Shown here: positions 43,801 to 55,756 of the stretch, piece after piece
How the letters are laid out: every line of letters starts with the position of its first letter
How positions within the stretch are numbered: position 1 is the first letter of the stretch
Assembly (NCBI GenBank): GCA_963809895.1
Contig: CAWELD010000003.1
Location: forward strand, 2,528,001-2,592,000
Direction of reading: 5' to 3'
From: an uncultured Gemmatimonadales bacterium
Lineage (GTDB): Bacteria > Gemmatimonadota > Gemmatimonadetes > Longimicrobiales > Gaopeijiaceae
DNA: 64,000 nt
Notes under the pieces: model-generated
Told to the model about the DNA's origin: nothing
Seen by the model: the letters and a program-made list of their open reading frames with translations, nothing else
The model's database searches: none
Program-made: the position numbers and the translations under genes

Positions 43801-44724
43801 ATGTCCGGATCCACCGAGCACCTCGCCCCTCCCGAGCCCTCAGAGCCGCCGGCCCCGCGTCCGTCCGGGCCCCTGCGCCCGTATTACGAGCTCACCAAGC
43901 CCGGCATCGCAGGGTTCGTGACGATCACGGCGGGAACGAGCTTCTACGTTGCCGCGGGGGGGCGCCCCGAGCTGGTTCCGGTCCTGCAGACCATGCTCGG
44001 CACGGCCCTCGCGACCGGGGGCGCGCTGGCGCTGAACCAGTACGTGGAGCGCGACCTGGACGCGCGCATGAAGCGGACCCGGCGGCGTCCGATCCCGTCG
44101 GGCCGCGTGTTGCCGGGGCGTGCGCTGACCTTCGGCAACACCCTCCTGGTGCTGGGCGTGGGATGGCTGCTCGCGACGCTGGGATGGCTGCCCGCCCTCA
44201 TCACGGCGCTGTCCGCTGCGGCCTACATCCTCCTCTACACCCCCCTGAAGCGACGCTCCTACCTCGCGACGCTGGTGGGCGCCGTGCCCGGAGCGCTTCC
44301 GGCCCTGATCGGGTGGAGTGCCGCCACCGGAGGGCTCTCGCTGGGGGGATGGGTGCTGTTCGGGATCTTCTTCCTGTGGCAGCTCCCCCACGTGCTGGCC
44401 CTGGCCTGGCTCCTCAAGGACGACTACCGGCGCGTGGGGTTCTTCCTGTCCCCGCCCACCGACCCCGACGGACGCCGCATCGGGCGCCACATGGTGTACC
44501 ACTCCATCTCGCTCCTCTTCCTGAGCCTGGCCCCCACCCTCCTGGGCATGGCCGGCTGGATCTACGGCGGGGGCGCCGTGGTGCTGGGTGTGGGCATGCT
44601 GGGCGCCTGCCTGTACGCCGCCAACGACATGTCCCTGCCCCGGGCCCGCCACGTCTTCCTGGCCTCCATCCTCTACCAGCCCGTCCTCCTGGGCTTCCTC
44701 CTTCTCGACACCGTACGCGTCTGA
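43801..44724 (+). CDS. cyoE: heme O synthase (protoheme IX farnesyltransferase)
   Basis: ELTKPGI, NQYVERDLDARMKRTRRRPIPSG, YTPLKR, WQLPH. Confidence 0.95.
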   Translation: MSGSTEHLAPPEPSEPPAPRPSGPLRPYYELTKPGIAGFVTITAGTSFYVAAGGRPELVPVLQTMLGTALATGGALALNQYVERDLDARMKRTRRRPIPSGRVLPGRALTFGNTLLVLGVGWLLATLGWLPALITALSAAAYILLYTPLKRRSYLATLVGAVPGALPALIGWSAATGGLSLGGWVLFGIFFLWQLPHVLALAWLLKDDYRRVGFFLSPPTDPDGRRIGRHMVYHSISLLFLSLAPTLLGMAGWIYGGGAVVLGVGMLGACLYAANDMSLPRARHVFLASILYQPVLLGFLLLDTVRV

Positions 44725-44740
44725 CAGCAGGGAGTCTCCC

Positions 44741-45937
44741 ATGTCCCAAGCCGCTGCCCTCGTGCTCGTCCTCGCACTCGCCCTGCCCGGCCTCGCCGCC
44801 GCACAAGCCGCGCCGCGGGGCGCGCGCCCGCGGGCGCGCGATCTGGGGATCGAGGTGGGGATCTTCCAGCCCGGACGCTGGAACGCCATCACCGACGTGG
44901 AGGGTGTGGAGGTGGGCCAGACGACGGTGCGCGAGGGCGACCGCGTGCGCACCGGAGTGACGGCGATCCTGCCCCATGCGGGCAACGTCTACCAGAGCCG
45001 GGTCCCGGCGGCCATCCACGTGGGCAACGGCTTCGGCAAGCTCCTCGGGGTGACCCAGGTGCGCGAGCTGGGCGAGATCGAATCCCCCGTCCTGCTCACC
45101 TGCACGCTGTGCGTGTGGAAGGCCGCCGACGCGCTGGTGGGCTGGATGCTGGAGCGGCCGGGGATGGAGAACGTGCGCTCGCTCAACGTGGTCGTGGGTG
45201 AAACCAACGACGGTGGGCTGAACGACATCCGGTCCCGCCCCATCACCCCGGAGCACGTGCGCCACGCCGTGGAGTCCGCCACCACCGGACCCGTGGAGGA
45301 GGGGTCGGTGGGTGCGGGTACCGGCACGCGGGCCTTCGGCTGGAAGGGGGGCATCGGCACCAGCAGTCGAGTGCTGCCCGAGAGCCTCGGCGGATGGACG
45401 GTCGGGGTGCTCGTACAGACCAACTTCGGAGGGATCCTCTCCATGGCCGGCGCTCCCGTGGGCCGCGAGCTGGGTCGCTACTCCTTCCAGGGCGCCGTCG
45501 AGGGCGCGGGCGGGGCGCCCGACGACGACGGCGACGTGCTCAGGAGCGCCGAGGACACCGGACAGGGCTCCATCATGATGGTGGTGGCCACCGATGCGCC
45601 CCTCTCGGACCGCAACCTGGAGCGCGTGGCCCGCCGCGCCATCATGGGGCTGGCCCGCACCGGGTCCTTCGCCGGCAACGGCTCGGGGGACTACGTGATC
45701 GCCTTCTCCACCGCCGAGGGCGTGCGGCGTGCACCCGGCCAGGCGGCCCCGGCGGCCAGCGAGGTGGGCAACGACGACATGTCGGGCATCTTCGAGGCCA
45801 CGGTAGAAGCCACCGAAGAGGCCATCTACAACTCGCTGCTCAAGGCGACCACGGTGACGGGCATGGGCCACACGGCCGACGCGCTCCCCATCGCCGAGAC
45901 GGTGGAGGTGCTGCGGCGCTACGGGGTGATCCGCTAG
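44741..45937 (+). CDS. P1/S58 family peptidase (DmpA-like aminopeptidase), secreted
   Basis: signal peptide, NAITDVEGVEVG, GSVGAGTG, KGGIGTSSR, GSIMMVVATDAP, GSGD. Confidence 0.9.
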   Translation: MSQAAALVLVLALALPGLAAAQAAPRGARPRARDLGIEVGIFQPGRWNAITDVEGVEVGQTTVREGDRVRTGVTAILPHAGNVYQSRVPAAIHVGNGFGKLLGVTQVRELGEIESPVLLTCTLCVWKAADALVGWMLERPGMENVRSLNVVVGETNDGGLNDIRSRPITPEHVRHAVESATTGPVEEGSVGAGTGTRAFGWKGGIGTSSRVLPESLGGWTVGVLVQTNFGGILSMAGAPVGRELGRYSFQGAVEGAGGAPDDDGDVLRSAEDTGQGSIMMVVATDAPLSDRNLERVARRAIMGLARTGSFAGNGSGDYVIAFSTAEGVRRAPGQAAPAASEVGNDDMSGIFEATVEATEEAIYNSLLKATTVTGMGHTADALPIAETVEVLRRYGVIR

Positions 45938-45944
45938 CAGACCT

Positions 45945-47834
45945 TCAGCCGGCGGGTGGCTCGGGTAGCGGCTCCGTGGGTTCCGTGAGCCCCACGCGCT
46001 CGGCCAGCAACAGGGCGTTGCGGGTGGTGGCCAGGCCCGGGCGCAGCCGGTAGTCGAAGTCCAGCCCCCGCTCGCCCCCGGCACGCTCCGCCACCGATTC
46101 GCGGAAGTGCACCAGCACGGCGGACGCCTCCACCTCGGGATCCCGGTGCAGTTCGAGGTCGTGGGTCGTGACCGCTCCCACGGCGCGGCGCCGCAGAAGG
46201 TGCCGGATCAGGCGGCGACCCGCGATCCGGCGCTCCTCGGAGTTGGTGCCGTGAAGCACCTCGTCGACGAGGTAGAGAAGGGGTGCCTCGTCCGTGGCGT
46301 CTCGCGGTGGGGCGGCGTCCAACAGTCCACGAAGCCGTTCCAGTTCCGCCATGAAGAGCGAGACGCCCTCTTCGAGGGAGTCACGCACCTGCATGGAGGT
46401 GAAGATCCGGAGCGGCGGCAGCAGCAGCGACTCGGCGCAGACCGGGCCCCCGGCGCGCCCCAGGACCACCGCCGCTCCCATGGAGCGCAGCAGGGTGCTC
46501 TTTCCGGACATGTTGGAGCCCGTCACCAGGAGCACCGTCCCGGGCGGCCCCACCTCCACGTCGTTGCGCACGCAGCGCTCGTCGGTGAGGAGAGGATGGC
46601 CCAGCGCCACGGCGCGCAGAACCGGGGGCTCGGTGTCGACGCAGGTGGGCCACGCCCAGCCAGGGTGGTCCGCGGCCAGGGTCGCCAGCGCCGACAGCGC
46701 CTCCAACTCCCCCAGGGCGTCGAGCCACGCCGGCACATGGGCCCCCTCGGCGGCCCGCCATGCTTCCAGCCGCGCGGCCACGTGCACATCCCACAGCAGC
46801 ACCGTGGCCACCACCCCGTGCAGCATGCTGGAGAAGCGGGCATCGGCGGCGTCCAGGAGTCCCTCCAGGCGCCGCAGTCGGCTCGACGCGGGTGCGTCAC
46901 CCCCGCCGTGAAGGGCCGCGACCAGGGCGGCCAGACGCGGCGCGTCCGCCTCCAGGCCCTCCCAGTGAACCAGGATGCGATGGTAGCGACGTAGGCCCGG
47001 CACGCCCGACGAGGCGCGTCCGAAGAAGGCGTGGATTCGGGGAGCCGCCCGCCACGCCACAACCGCCTGCGCCACCAGCATGGCCACCCAGTATCCCGGC
47101 GGGGCGAGGCCGGCCAGGTTCAGCGCCACGGCGACCGCGGTCGCCAGCGGCATGGCCCAACGCAGGAGCGCCAAGCGGGTGCCCCCCACCACCCGGGGCT
47201 CCTCCAGCCAGTCCAGGAACCCGTCCAGCACCCCCGGCGCCACCGGATCGAGCAGGGCGCCTTCCACGGCTACCGACTCCCGCAGGTTGGCCTCTCCGAC
47301 CAGCTCGCGCGCGGCCTCCTGGCGCGCCTCGACCCCGTCCGCGGGGCCGGGAGCCAGGAGCCACCCGTCCAGCGTCCGATGACCCATGGGGGTGAAGACC
47401 GGCCCCAACAGACTCCTGAGCGACGCGGCCCCGAAGACGTCCAGATCTCGGGCGTAGGGGTGGTCCTCGCCCGCCGCCGCCGGCTCGACCACCGGGGTGG
47501 GCAGGTCGCGCCAGCGGCGCTCGACCCGGGCCGCACCGTGGAGCGCCAGGTCGCGACCGGTGATCGCCCGCGTCAGCGTGTCGCGCAGGTGCCGGTGGCG
47601 GATCACCAGAACGGCGAAAAGGGCCAGGATGGCCAGGCCCGCCCCCCGCCACGCCCCGGCGGGTCCGGGCAGCTCCGCGGCCAGCAGGAGCGGCAGGACA
47701 CCCCCCAGGAAGGAGGCCAGGCGCAGGACCGACAGGCGCCGGGCCCGCAGCTCCAACGCATGGGCCTCGGCGCCATGGGCCGCGGCGACCGCCCGATAGC
47801 GTTCGGCGGGGTCCGGATCCCCTCGCACGGCCAT
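45945..47834 (-). CDS. membrane-anchored MutS-family ATPase (domain V only)
   Basis: N-terminal TMs, HPYARDLDVFG, LGHPLL, VTGSNMSGKSTLLR, DEVLHGTNS, TTHDL. Confidence 0.87.
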   Translation of the reverse strand: MAVRGDPDPAERYRAVAAAHGAEAHALELRARRLSVLRLASFLGGVLPLLLAAELPGPAGAWRGAGLAILALFAVLVIRHRHLRDTLTRAITGRDLALHGAARVERRWRDLPTPVVEPAAAGEDHPYARDLDVFGAASLRSLLGPVFTPMGHRTLDGWLLAPGPADGVEARQEAARELVGEANLRESVAVEGALLDPVAPGVLDGFLDWLEEPRVVGGTRLALLRWAMPLATAVAVALNLAGLAPPGYWVAMLVAQAVVAWRAAPRIHAFFGRASSGVPGLRRYHRILVHWEGLEADAPRLAALVAALHGGGDAPASSRLRRLEGLLDAADARFSSMLHGVVATVLLWDVHVAARLEAWRAAEGAHVPAWLDALGELEALSALATLAADHPGWAWPTCVDTEPPVLRAVALGHPLLTDERCVRNDVEVGPPGTVLLVTGSNMSGKSTLLRSMGAAVVLGRAGGPVCAESLLLPPLRIFTSMQVRDSLEEGVSLFMAELERLRGLLDAAPPRDATDEAPLLYLVDEVLHGTNSEERRIAGRRLIRHLLRRRAVGAVTTHDLELHRDPEVEASAVLVHFRESVAERAGGERGLDFDYRLRPGLATTRNALLLAERVGLTEPTEPLPEPPAG

Positions 47835-49423
47835 CAGTCCAGCGTCACGGCCCGGGCGGAGTGAACCTCCGGGACCTCCTGCAGGCTCCGGGTCACCTCG
47901 GGCGCCACGGGGCCGTCCACCACCACCACCGCCAGCGCCTCGCCGCCCTCGTCGCGACGCGCCTGATGGTATTCCGCGATGTTCAGCCCCAGGTCACCCA
48001 GGAGCGTGCCGACTCGGCCGATGACGCCGGGCACGTCACGATTGTGGAGCACGAGAATCGTCCCCGCCGGTGCCACGTTCACGTCGAATCCGTCGAGCTT
48101 CACCAGCCGGGGGTGCTGCCCGCCGAGGAGCGCGCCGGCCAGGCCCACCGCTCCGTGCTCGGCCGTCAGCGTCACCTCCACCACCTCGCCGTAGGCGCTC
48201 CCGTTGGGCTTGCGGTGGGTGGACACCGTGACCCCGCGAGCCTTCGCCAGCACCTGGGCATTGACGAGGTTGACGTTGGCCCGGCCCACCGCGGGCTCCA
48301 GCAGCCCCATGAGCACGTAGCGGGTCAGCATGCGGCTGGCGTCGTCACTCCCGGCATGGGCCACGCCCACGCCCTGGATGCCGCCGGGCGCCAGCGCCGC
48401 CCCCAACCGACCCAGGCGCCGGCCCAGGTCGAGAAGCGAGGCCAGGCGCTTCATCTCCTCGCCTCCCACCGACGGCGCGTTGAGCGCGCTGGAGAGATCT
48501 CCCTGGGCCAGGGCAGCGCGAACACCTCGGGCGATCTCGCTCGCGACCCGTTCCTGGGCCTCGGCGGTGGACGCGCCCAGGTGCGGAGTCAGCACGAGGT
48601 GGGGCGCGTCGCGCAGGGGGCTGTCCTCTGCCAGCGGCTCCTCGTCGTACACGTCCAGCGCGGCGCCCGCCAGGTGTCCGGAGTGGAGCGCCCGGGCCAG
48701 CGCCGCCTCGTCCACGACACCCCCGCGCGAGGCGTTGACCAGGTAGCCGCCGGCGCGAAGCGAAGCCAGGCGCCGCGCATCCACCAGCCCCCGGGTGTCG
48801 TCGGTCAGGGGGACGTGCAGGCTGACCACGTCGGCCCGGGCGAAGACCTCGTCCAGTCCCACCGGCTCGGCGTCCATCCCCCGTACCCGGTCCTCCGGCA
48901 GATAGGGATCGTGGACCAGCACCTGCATCTCGAAGGCCCGCGCGCGCCGGGCCACCTCCCGGCCGATGCGCCCGGCTCCGACCAGGCCCAGCGTCTTGTC
49001 ACGCAGCTCGGTCCCCTTGAAGCGGCTGCGGGCCCATTCGCCGGCCCGGATGGACCGGTCGGCCTCGGCCACACGGCGCACCGCGGCCAGCAGGAGCGCC
49101 AGCGTGAGCTCCGCCGCCGACACGGTATTCCCGGCCGGTGCGTTCAATACGGCCACGCCCCGCTCGGTGGCGGCGTCGACGTCGATGTTGTCCACGCCCA
49201 CGCCGGCCCGGCCCACCGCGCGCAGCGTCGGCGCCGCCTCCAAGACGGCCCGGTCCACGGTGGTGGCACTCCGGACGATCAGGGCATGCGCCGTGGCCAG
49301 GGCTTCAGCGAACGCCGGATCGCCCGAGTCGTCCTGACGGACCACCTCGAAGCGCTCGTCCTCCAACAGGGGAGCCAGTCCCCCTTCCGACACCTTGTCC
49401 GTCACCAGCACGCGCCAGGTCAC
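47834..49423 (-). CDS. serA: D-3-phosphoglycerate dehydrogenase
   Basis: GRAGVGVDNID, GAGRIG, NASRGGVVDE, TPHLGASTAEAQ, ACT domain NRDVPGVIG. Confidence 0.95.
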   Translation of the reverse strand: MTWRVLVTDKVSEGGLAPLLEDERFEVVRQDDSGDPAFAEALATAHALIVRSATTVDRAVLEAAPTLRAVGRAGVGVDNIDVDAATERGVAVLNAPAGNTVSAAELTLALLLAAVRRVAEADRSIRAGEWARSRFKGTELRDKTLGLVGAGRIGREVARRARAFEMQVLVHDPYLPEDRVRGMDAEPVGLDEVFARADVVSLHVPLTDDTRGLVDARRLASLRAGGYLVNASRGGVVDEAALARALHSGHLAGAALDVYDEEPLAEDSPLRDAPHLVLTPHLGASTAEAQERVASEIARGVRAALAQGDLSSALNAPSVGGEEMKRLASLLDLGRRLGRLGAALAPGGIQGVGVAHAGSDDASRMLTRYVLMGLLEPAVGRANVNLVNAQVLAKARGVTVSTHRKPNGSAYGEVVEVTLTAEHGAVGLAGALLGGQHPRLVKLDGFDVNVAPAGTILVLHNRDVPGVIGRVGTLLGDLGLNIAEYHQARRDEGGEALAVVVVDGPVAPEVTRSLQEVPEVHSARAVTLD

Positions 49424-50517
49424 GACGACAGCACCTCGCTCAGAACCGCCAACAGCCCGTCCAGCTCCTGGACGGTGTGATCACCCATGTGCCCGATGCG
49501 CACCGTGTCCTCCTTCAGCTTGCCGTAGCCACCGCCGATCACCCAGCCCCGCTCCCGAACGGCGGCCACCACGTCGGGGCCCCTCCGGCCCGCGGCGAGG
49601 CGCAGGCAGGTCACCGTGGGCGAGCGCCGGCCCGCCGGTGCGAGGATTTCGATGTCGGCGCGGCCCGACGCGCGCATCTCTTCCACCCAGCTCTCGCAGC
49701 GCTCGGCCATGGCCGCGTGCCGCGCCCAGCGGCCTTCCATGGTCTCGTCGGCGATACGCCGCAGTTGGGTCTCCAACGCGTACAGGAGCGTGAGCGCCGG
49801 CGTGGTGGGCGTCTGGTTGCGCGCCAGCTCCGCCATGAACTTGACCAGGTCGAAGTAGAGTCCCCGGTCGGGAAGCGTGGCGGCCCGGTCCACCATGGCC
49901 TCCGAGGCCACAGCGAAGGCGAGTCCCGGAGGCAGCGCGAGGGCCTTCTGGGATCCTGTCAGCACGAAATCCAGGCGCCAATCGTCGGCGAGCATCGGCG
50001 CCCCTCCCACCCCCGTGACCGAGTCCACCAGCAGAAGCGTGTCGGGCCGTTCGGCCACGACCGCCGCCAGCTCCGCCAGCGGATTCAGCACGCCGGTCGA
50101 GGTCTCGGAGTGGACCACCGTCACCGCGTCCACGTCGGCCGAAGCCAGGCGTTCCGCCAGCGCCGCCGGGTCGTGCGCCTCGCCCCAGGGCACCTCCAGG
50201 CGCTCGACTTCGCGGCCGCAGGCCTCGGCGATGTCGGCGAAGCGTGCGCTGAACGCGCCGTTCACCAGGCTGAGCACCCTGCGCCTCACCCCGTTGCGTA
50301 CCGCGGCCTCCATGAGTCCGGTGGCCGACGAGGTGGACAGGAGAACCGGACGAGCCGTCCGGAACACGTCACGCATCCCCACCTGCAGGCCAGCAACCAG
50401 CTCCTGCACCTCCCGTCCCCGATGCCCCATGAGCGGACGTACCTGGGCCTCGAGCACCTCGGCACACACCTCGGTGGGTCCGGGCAGGAAGAACCTGCCC
50501 GGTTCCAGATCACTCAT
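49420..50517 (-). CDS. class V PLP aminotransferase (alanine-glyoxylate/serine-pyruvate type)
   Basis: FLPGPT, HSETSTGV, VDSVT, GSQKALALPPG, RIGHMG. Confidence 0.92.
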   Translation of the reverse strand: MSDLEPGRFFLPGPTEVCAEVLEAQVRPLMGHRGREVQELVAGLQVGMRDVFRTARPVLLSTSSATGLMEAAVRNGVRRRVLSLVNGAFSARFADIAEACGREVERLEVPWGEAHDPAALAERLASADVDAVTVVHSETSTGVLNPLAELAAVVAERPDTLLLVDSVTGVGGAPMLADDWRLDFVLTGSQKALALPPGLAFAVASEAMVDRAATLPDRGLYFDLVKFMAELARNQTPTTPALTLLYALETQLRRIADETMEGRWARHAAMAERCESWVEEMRASGRADIEILAPAGRRSPTVTCLRLAAGRRGPDVVAAVRERGWVIGGGYGKLKEDTVRIGHMGDHTVQELDGLLAVLSEVLSS

Positions 50518-51029
50518 CGCCACGCCTCCTGCCAACGCACGTAGTGCACGGGCACCACCCCCGCCCGCTCCAGGATCTCCACGCCCGCCCGACTCCGGTA
50601 GGCTTCGCGGTAGAAGACGTGCGAGACGTTGGCCTGAACCATGAGCTTGGCACACATGGCGCACGGGCTTGCGGTCACGAACGCCACCTTGTCGCGCAGA
50701 CGTCCCGGGGCCTTCACCAGCGCGTTCTGCTCGGAGTGGATGCAGCCGCAGCGGCCCGGCTCCGGTGAGTCACAGCGGTTCGGAAACCCGCGGGCGTTCC
50801 CGTTGTAGCCGATGGCCACCACGTTCTCGAGGTGGGCGTCGGTGAGCACCGTCCCCACCTGCAGGCGAGCGCACGTGCTCCGCTTGGCCAGCTCCTCGGC
50901 CATGCGCATGTACACCTCGAAGAGAGGTGGTCGGGTCACCTGCACCGCAGGGTCGGCGCCCTCGGGCACCTCGAGCAGGTTCAGGGGATGCGTGTTTTCG
51001 GGAACGAGGTCGCGGTGGACGAGCGGCAC
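50514..51029 (-). CDS. dCMP deaminase-like zinc deaminase (ComEB family)
   Basis: RSTCARLQVG, GYNG, HSEQNAL, SPCAMC. Confidence 0.88.
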   Translation of the reverse strand: MPLVHRDLVPENTHPLNLLEVPEGADPAVQVTRPPLFEVYMRMAEELAKRSTCARLQVGTVLTDAHLENVVAIGYNGNARGFPNRCDSPEPGRCGCIHSEQNALVKAPGRLRDKVAFVTASPCAMCAKLMVQANVSHVFYREAYRSRAGVEILERAGVVPVHYVRWQEAWR

Positions 51030-51248
51030 GGGAACGGCATGATGGGAGTCGGCAAAGCCGGGACCCGCCTAAGGTGGAGCACCGGAGGCGTGGCGTCCAC
51101 ACCGCGACCCGACCCGCGCCGAGGTCGGGCGCAGATCCGCGACCGATGCATTATCTTCGTGCAGAGCGTACGCGCCCCGTTTCAACGAGAGACATGGCAC
51201 GCCTGTGCATGATCCCCCTCGATTCCCCGTGGCCGACCGGTCGTGACC

Positions 51249-51947
51249 ATGGCTGACGACTCGACGATCCGTGCCGGCGAGTCCGCACCGTCGGCGGCCG
51301 AGGCGCTCGCGCGCGCCGGATGGCCCCTGGTGGCGGACCGGCTCCTGGCCGGGATCGTGCACGACCTCAACGGTAGGGTCACCTCGCTGGGTGGCATGAT
51401 CCAGCTCCTCACGCTGGGCGACGAGGTGGGGGGCGTGGTGCCCTTCCTGGAAGAGGAGATCTCCCGTCTCGAAGCCTCCGTGAAGCTGGTGTCGCTGCTG
51501 GTCGGCGACCCCGACCCCGAGCCGGAGCCCCTCGACGTAGCCGAGCTTCTGCCGGCGTTCCTGGAGCTGCACCGGCGCCACCGCGGCATGGAAATGTTGG
51601 ACGTGCGCCTCGAGCTGGTCACCTCGCCCCGCGTGGTGGCCGTGTGGAGCCTGCTGGGCCGGGTCCTGCTCATGGCACTGGCCGCGGGGGGCGCACAAGC
51701 TCTCGCGCGGGGACGGCGCCTCGGCATCCGGGCCGACAGCCACCCCGACGGCGGCCTGCTCCTTGACCTGCTGGCGCCTGGCGAGGTGGAGGGCGCCGCC
51801 GCGGCCGCCGCGCCCTACGCGGCGCCGGACCTGGACCGCCTGAGGGAGGTGGCGGCCCTGCTTCCTGCCCACTTGGAGGTCCACGGGGAACCCAGCGCGT
51901 TCAGACTCCAGATCCACTTTCCACGCATGCACGCGCTCCGCGACTGA
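51249..51947 (+). CDS. hypothetical protein, degenerate histidine-kinase/phosphotransfer-like
   Basis: H-box-like LLAGIVHDLNGRVTSL; no recognisable N/G1/G2 boxes; upstream of a receiver gene. Confidence 0.5.
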   Translation: MADDSTIRAGESAPSAAEALARAGWPLVADRLLAGIVHDLNGRVTSLGGMIQLLTLGDEVGGVVPFLEEEISRLEASVKLVSLLVGDPDPEPEPLDVAELLPAFLELHRRHRGMEMLDVRLELVTSPRVVAVWSLLGRVLLMALAAGGAQALARGRRLGIRADSHPDGGLLLDLLAPGEVEGAAAAAAPYAAPDLDRLREVAALLPAHLEVHGEPSAFRLQIHFPRMHALRD

Positions 51948-52029
51948 CGGACCTTGCCCGCCGGCGACGAGCCCGGCAACGTACGGTCAGGAGCAACACT
52001 CAAGTCCCGCGCGCTACGGGGGTCCCTTC

Positions 52030-52681
52030 ATGGCCACGATCCTCTTCGTGGACGACGACGAAATGGAGCGGTACTTCGCTCGCGAGATCCTCGAGCCTCG
52101 CGGCCATCGCGTCCTCTATGCCGGCGACGGCGAGACGGCCCTGCGCGTCTTCGACCACGACGATGTCGACGTGGTGGTGACCGACCTCGCCATGCCCCGC
52201 CTCAACGGGCTGCGACTCATTCAGCAGCTCCGGGAGAAGGACCCGCACGTGAAGGTCATCGCCGCGTCCGGGATCAACGCCGACCAGTTGGACCTGGCGC
52301 AGGACTACGGGGCTCTGGCGATCCTCCAGAAGCCCTGGGATCCACGACAGTTCCTGGATACCCTGTCGAGCATCCTCGAGGCCAAGAGCGAGAAGGACGC
52401 CGAGTTCGAGGCCGTGTGGCCCACCATGTACTCGGAAGGCGAGTTCGACGAGCACGGCCGCCTCATCACCCCGGCCCGGCAGGCCGAGGAAGCCGAACGA
52501 GCACAGGCCGCCAGCGGGGACGACGCCGGCGGCGAGGACGCCGAGCGACCTCCTGAACCTGGACAGCGTGGAGCTGGAGGTGGAGGAGCCCGAGGTTCCC
52601 GGCCACACTCCCCGGCCGGGCCACAAGATCTTCGACAGCGACACCCTCGAGCTCGAAATCGAGCCCGACGACGAAGGCTGA
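52030..52681 (+). CDS. response regulator receiver with acidic C-terminal tail; apparent +1 frameshift near 52542
   Basis: ILFVDDD, VTDLAMP, QKP; the +1 frame gives [15 protein letters not shown]...IEPDDEG with TGA 52679-52681 and avoids a long overlap with typA. Confidence 0.75.
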
Positions 52682-52710
52682 CGGAGGGGGAAGCCCGAGC
52701 CCGGGTCTCC

Positions 52711-54553
<1,843 letters not shown>

Positions 54554-54686
54554 GATGTCCCTGTTACGTCAGCCATGTGCGCGCGGGTCCACGGAACGTC
54601 CGGAAGGGCCGCCGATATTTCCCGCAGTCAGTACAGCCTTTTAACGTAACCAGAGACGGCCCCGAGATGTGAGGCCTCGGGGCCTG

Positions 54687-55703
54687 CTAGTCGCCCAGGA
54701 CGTACCCGAAGATGAGCGGCGCCACGATCATGGCGTCGGAGTTGATGAAGAAGCGCGGCGTGCCGTCGTCGAGCTTGCCCCAGGTGATCTTCTCGTTCGG
54801 CGGGGCGCCGGAGTAGCCACCGTACGAGGTGACGGCGTCGGTGATCTGCGCGAAGTAGCCCCAGAAGGGCACGTCTTCCTGCATGTCCTGGATGATGGAG
54901 GGCACCGCGCAGATGGCGAAGTCGCCGGCGATGCCACCGCCCACCTGGAAGAATCCCACGGAGGGCACGCGACCGGCGCCGTGGTTGGCCTTGTACCAGC
55001 CGATCAGGTCGGCGAACTGCTCGGTGCCGGATTTCACGCACTGATGGTGCGGGACCTTACCGGTGACCACGTTGGCGGCGAACATGTTGCCCGTGGTGGA
55101 GTCCTCCCAGCCCGGCGAGTAGACGGGGATCCCCTTGTCGGCCGCCGCCACCATCCAGGAGTGGGCCACGGGCACCTGGTAGTGCTCCTCCAACTCTCCA
55201 CTGCGCAGCACGTCGAAGAGATACTGGTAGGGGAACTTGCGCTCCCCACGCTCGCACGCGCCCTTCCACCGCTCCAGCAGCCGCGATTCCAGATGACGCA
55301 TGACGTCTTCGGGAATACAGGTGTCGGTCACCCGGTTCATGCCCCGGTCGTAGAGGGCCACCTCGTCGGCCGCGGACAGGGCCCGCCAATCCTGGATGAT
55401 CTCGTACTCGTCGTGGGCCAGGAGGTTGAAGACGTCCTCCTCGAGGTTCGCTCCGGTGCACGAGATGGCGTGCACCTTACCCTCTCGGATCATGCGCGCG
55501 AGAATGATGCCCAGCTCTCCCGTGGACATGGCACCGGCCAGCGACACCAGCATCTTGCCGCCCGCGTCCAGGTGCTCTTCCCAGGCCCGGGCCGCCGCCA
55601 CCGTCTCCCGGGCGTTGAAGTGCAGATAGTGCTTGTCCAAGAAGTCGCGAACAGCGCCCATTCCAGTCGTCTCCGTCGGTCGGCGGTGAGTATGCTCGGC
55701 CAT
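54687..55703 (-). CDS. deoxyhypusine synthase-like protein (start 55703 or 55661)
   Basis: AGAMSTGELG, CTGANLEED, GGGIAGDF, YGGYSGAPPNEKITWGKL, INSDA. Confidence 0.88.
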   Translation of the reverse strand: MAEHTHRRPTETTGMGAVRDFLDKHYLHFNARETVAAARAWEEHLDAGGKMLVSLAGAMSTGELGIILARMIREGKVHAISCTGANLEEDVFNLLAHDEYEIIQDWRALSAADEVALYDRGMNRVTDTCIPEDVMRHLESRLLERWKGACERGERKFPYQYLFDVLRSGELEEHYQVPVAHSWMVAAADKGIPVYSPGWEDSTTGNMFAANVVTGKVPHHQCVKSGTEQFADLIGWYKANHGAGRVPSVGFFQVGGGIAGDFAICAVPSIIQDMQEDVPFWGYFAQITDAVTSYGGYSGAPPNEKITWGKLDDGTPRFFINSDAMIVAPLIFGYVLGD

Positions 55704-55756
55704 GCCGCGTTAACGGTAGAGGATCGGCGGCCGGTCGAAAAGCGCAGCCGCGTCGC

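Noticed and set aside
51195..51209. sigma54 promoter TGGCACGCCTGTGCA
   Set aside because: GG-to-GC spacing is one base short of the strict -24/-12 geometry
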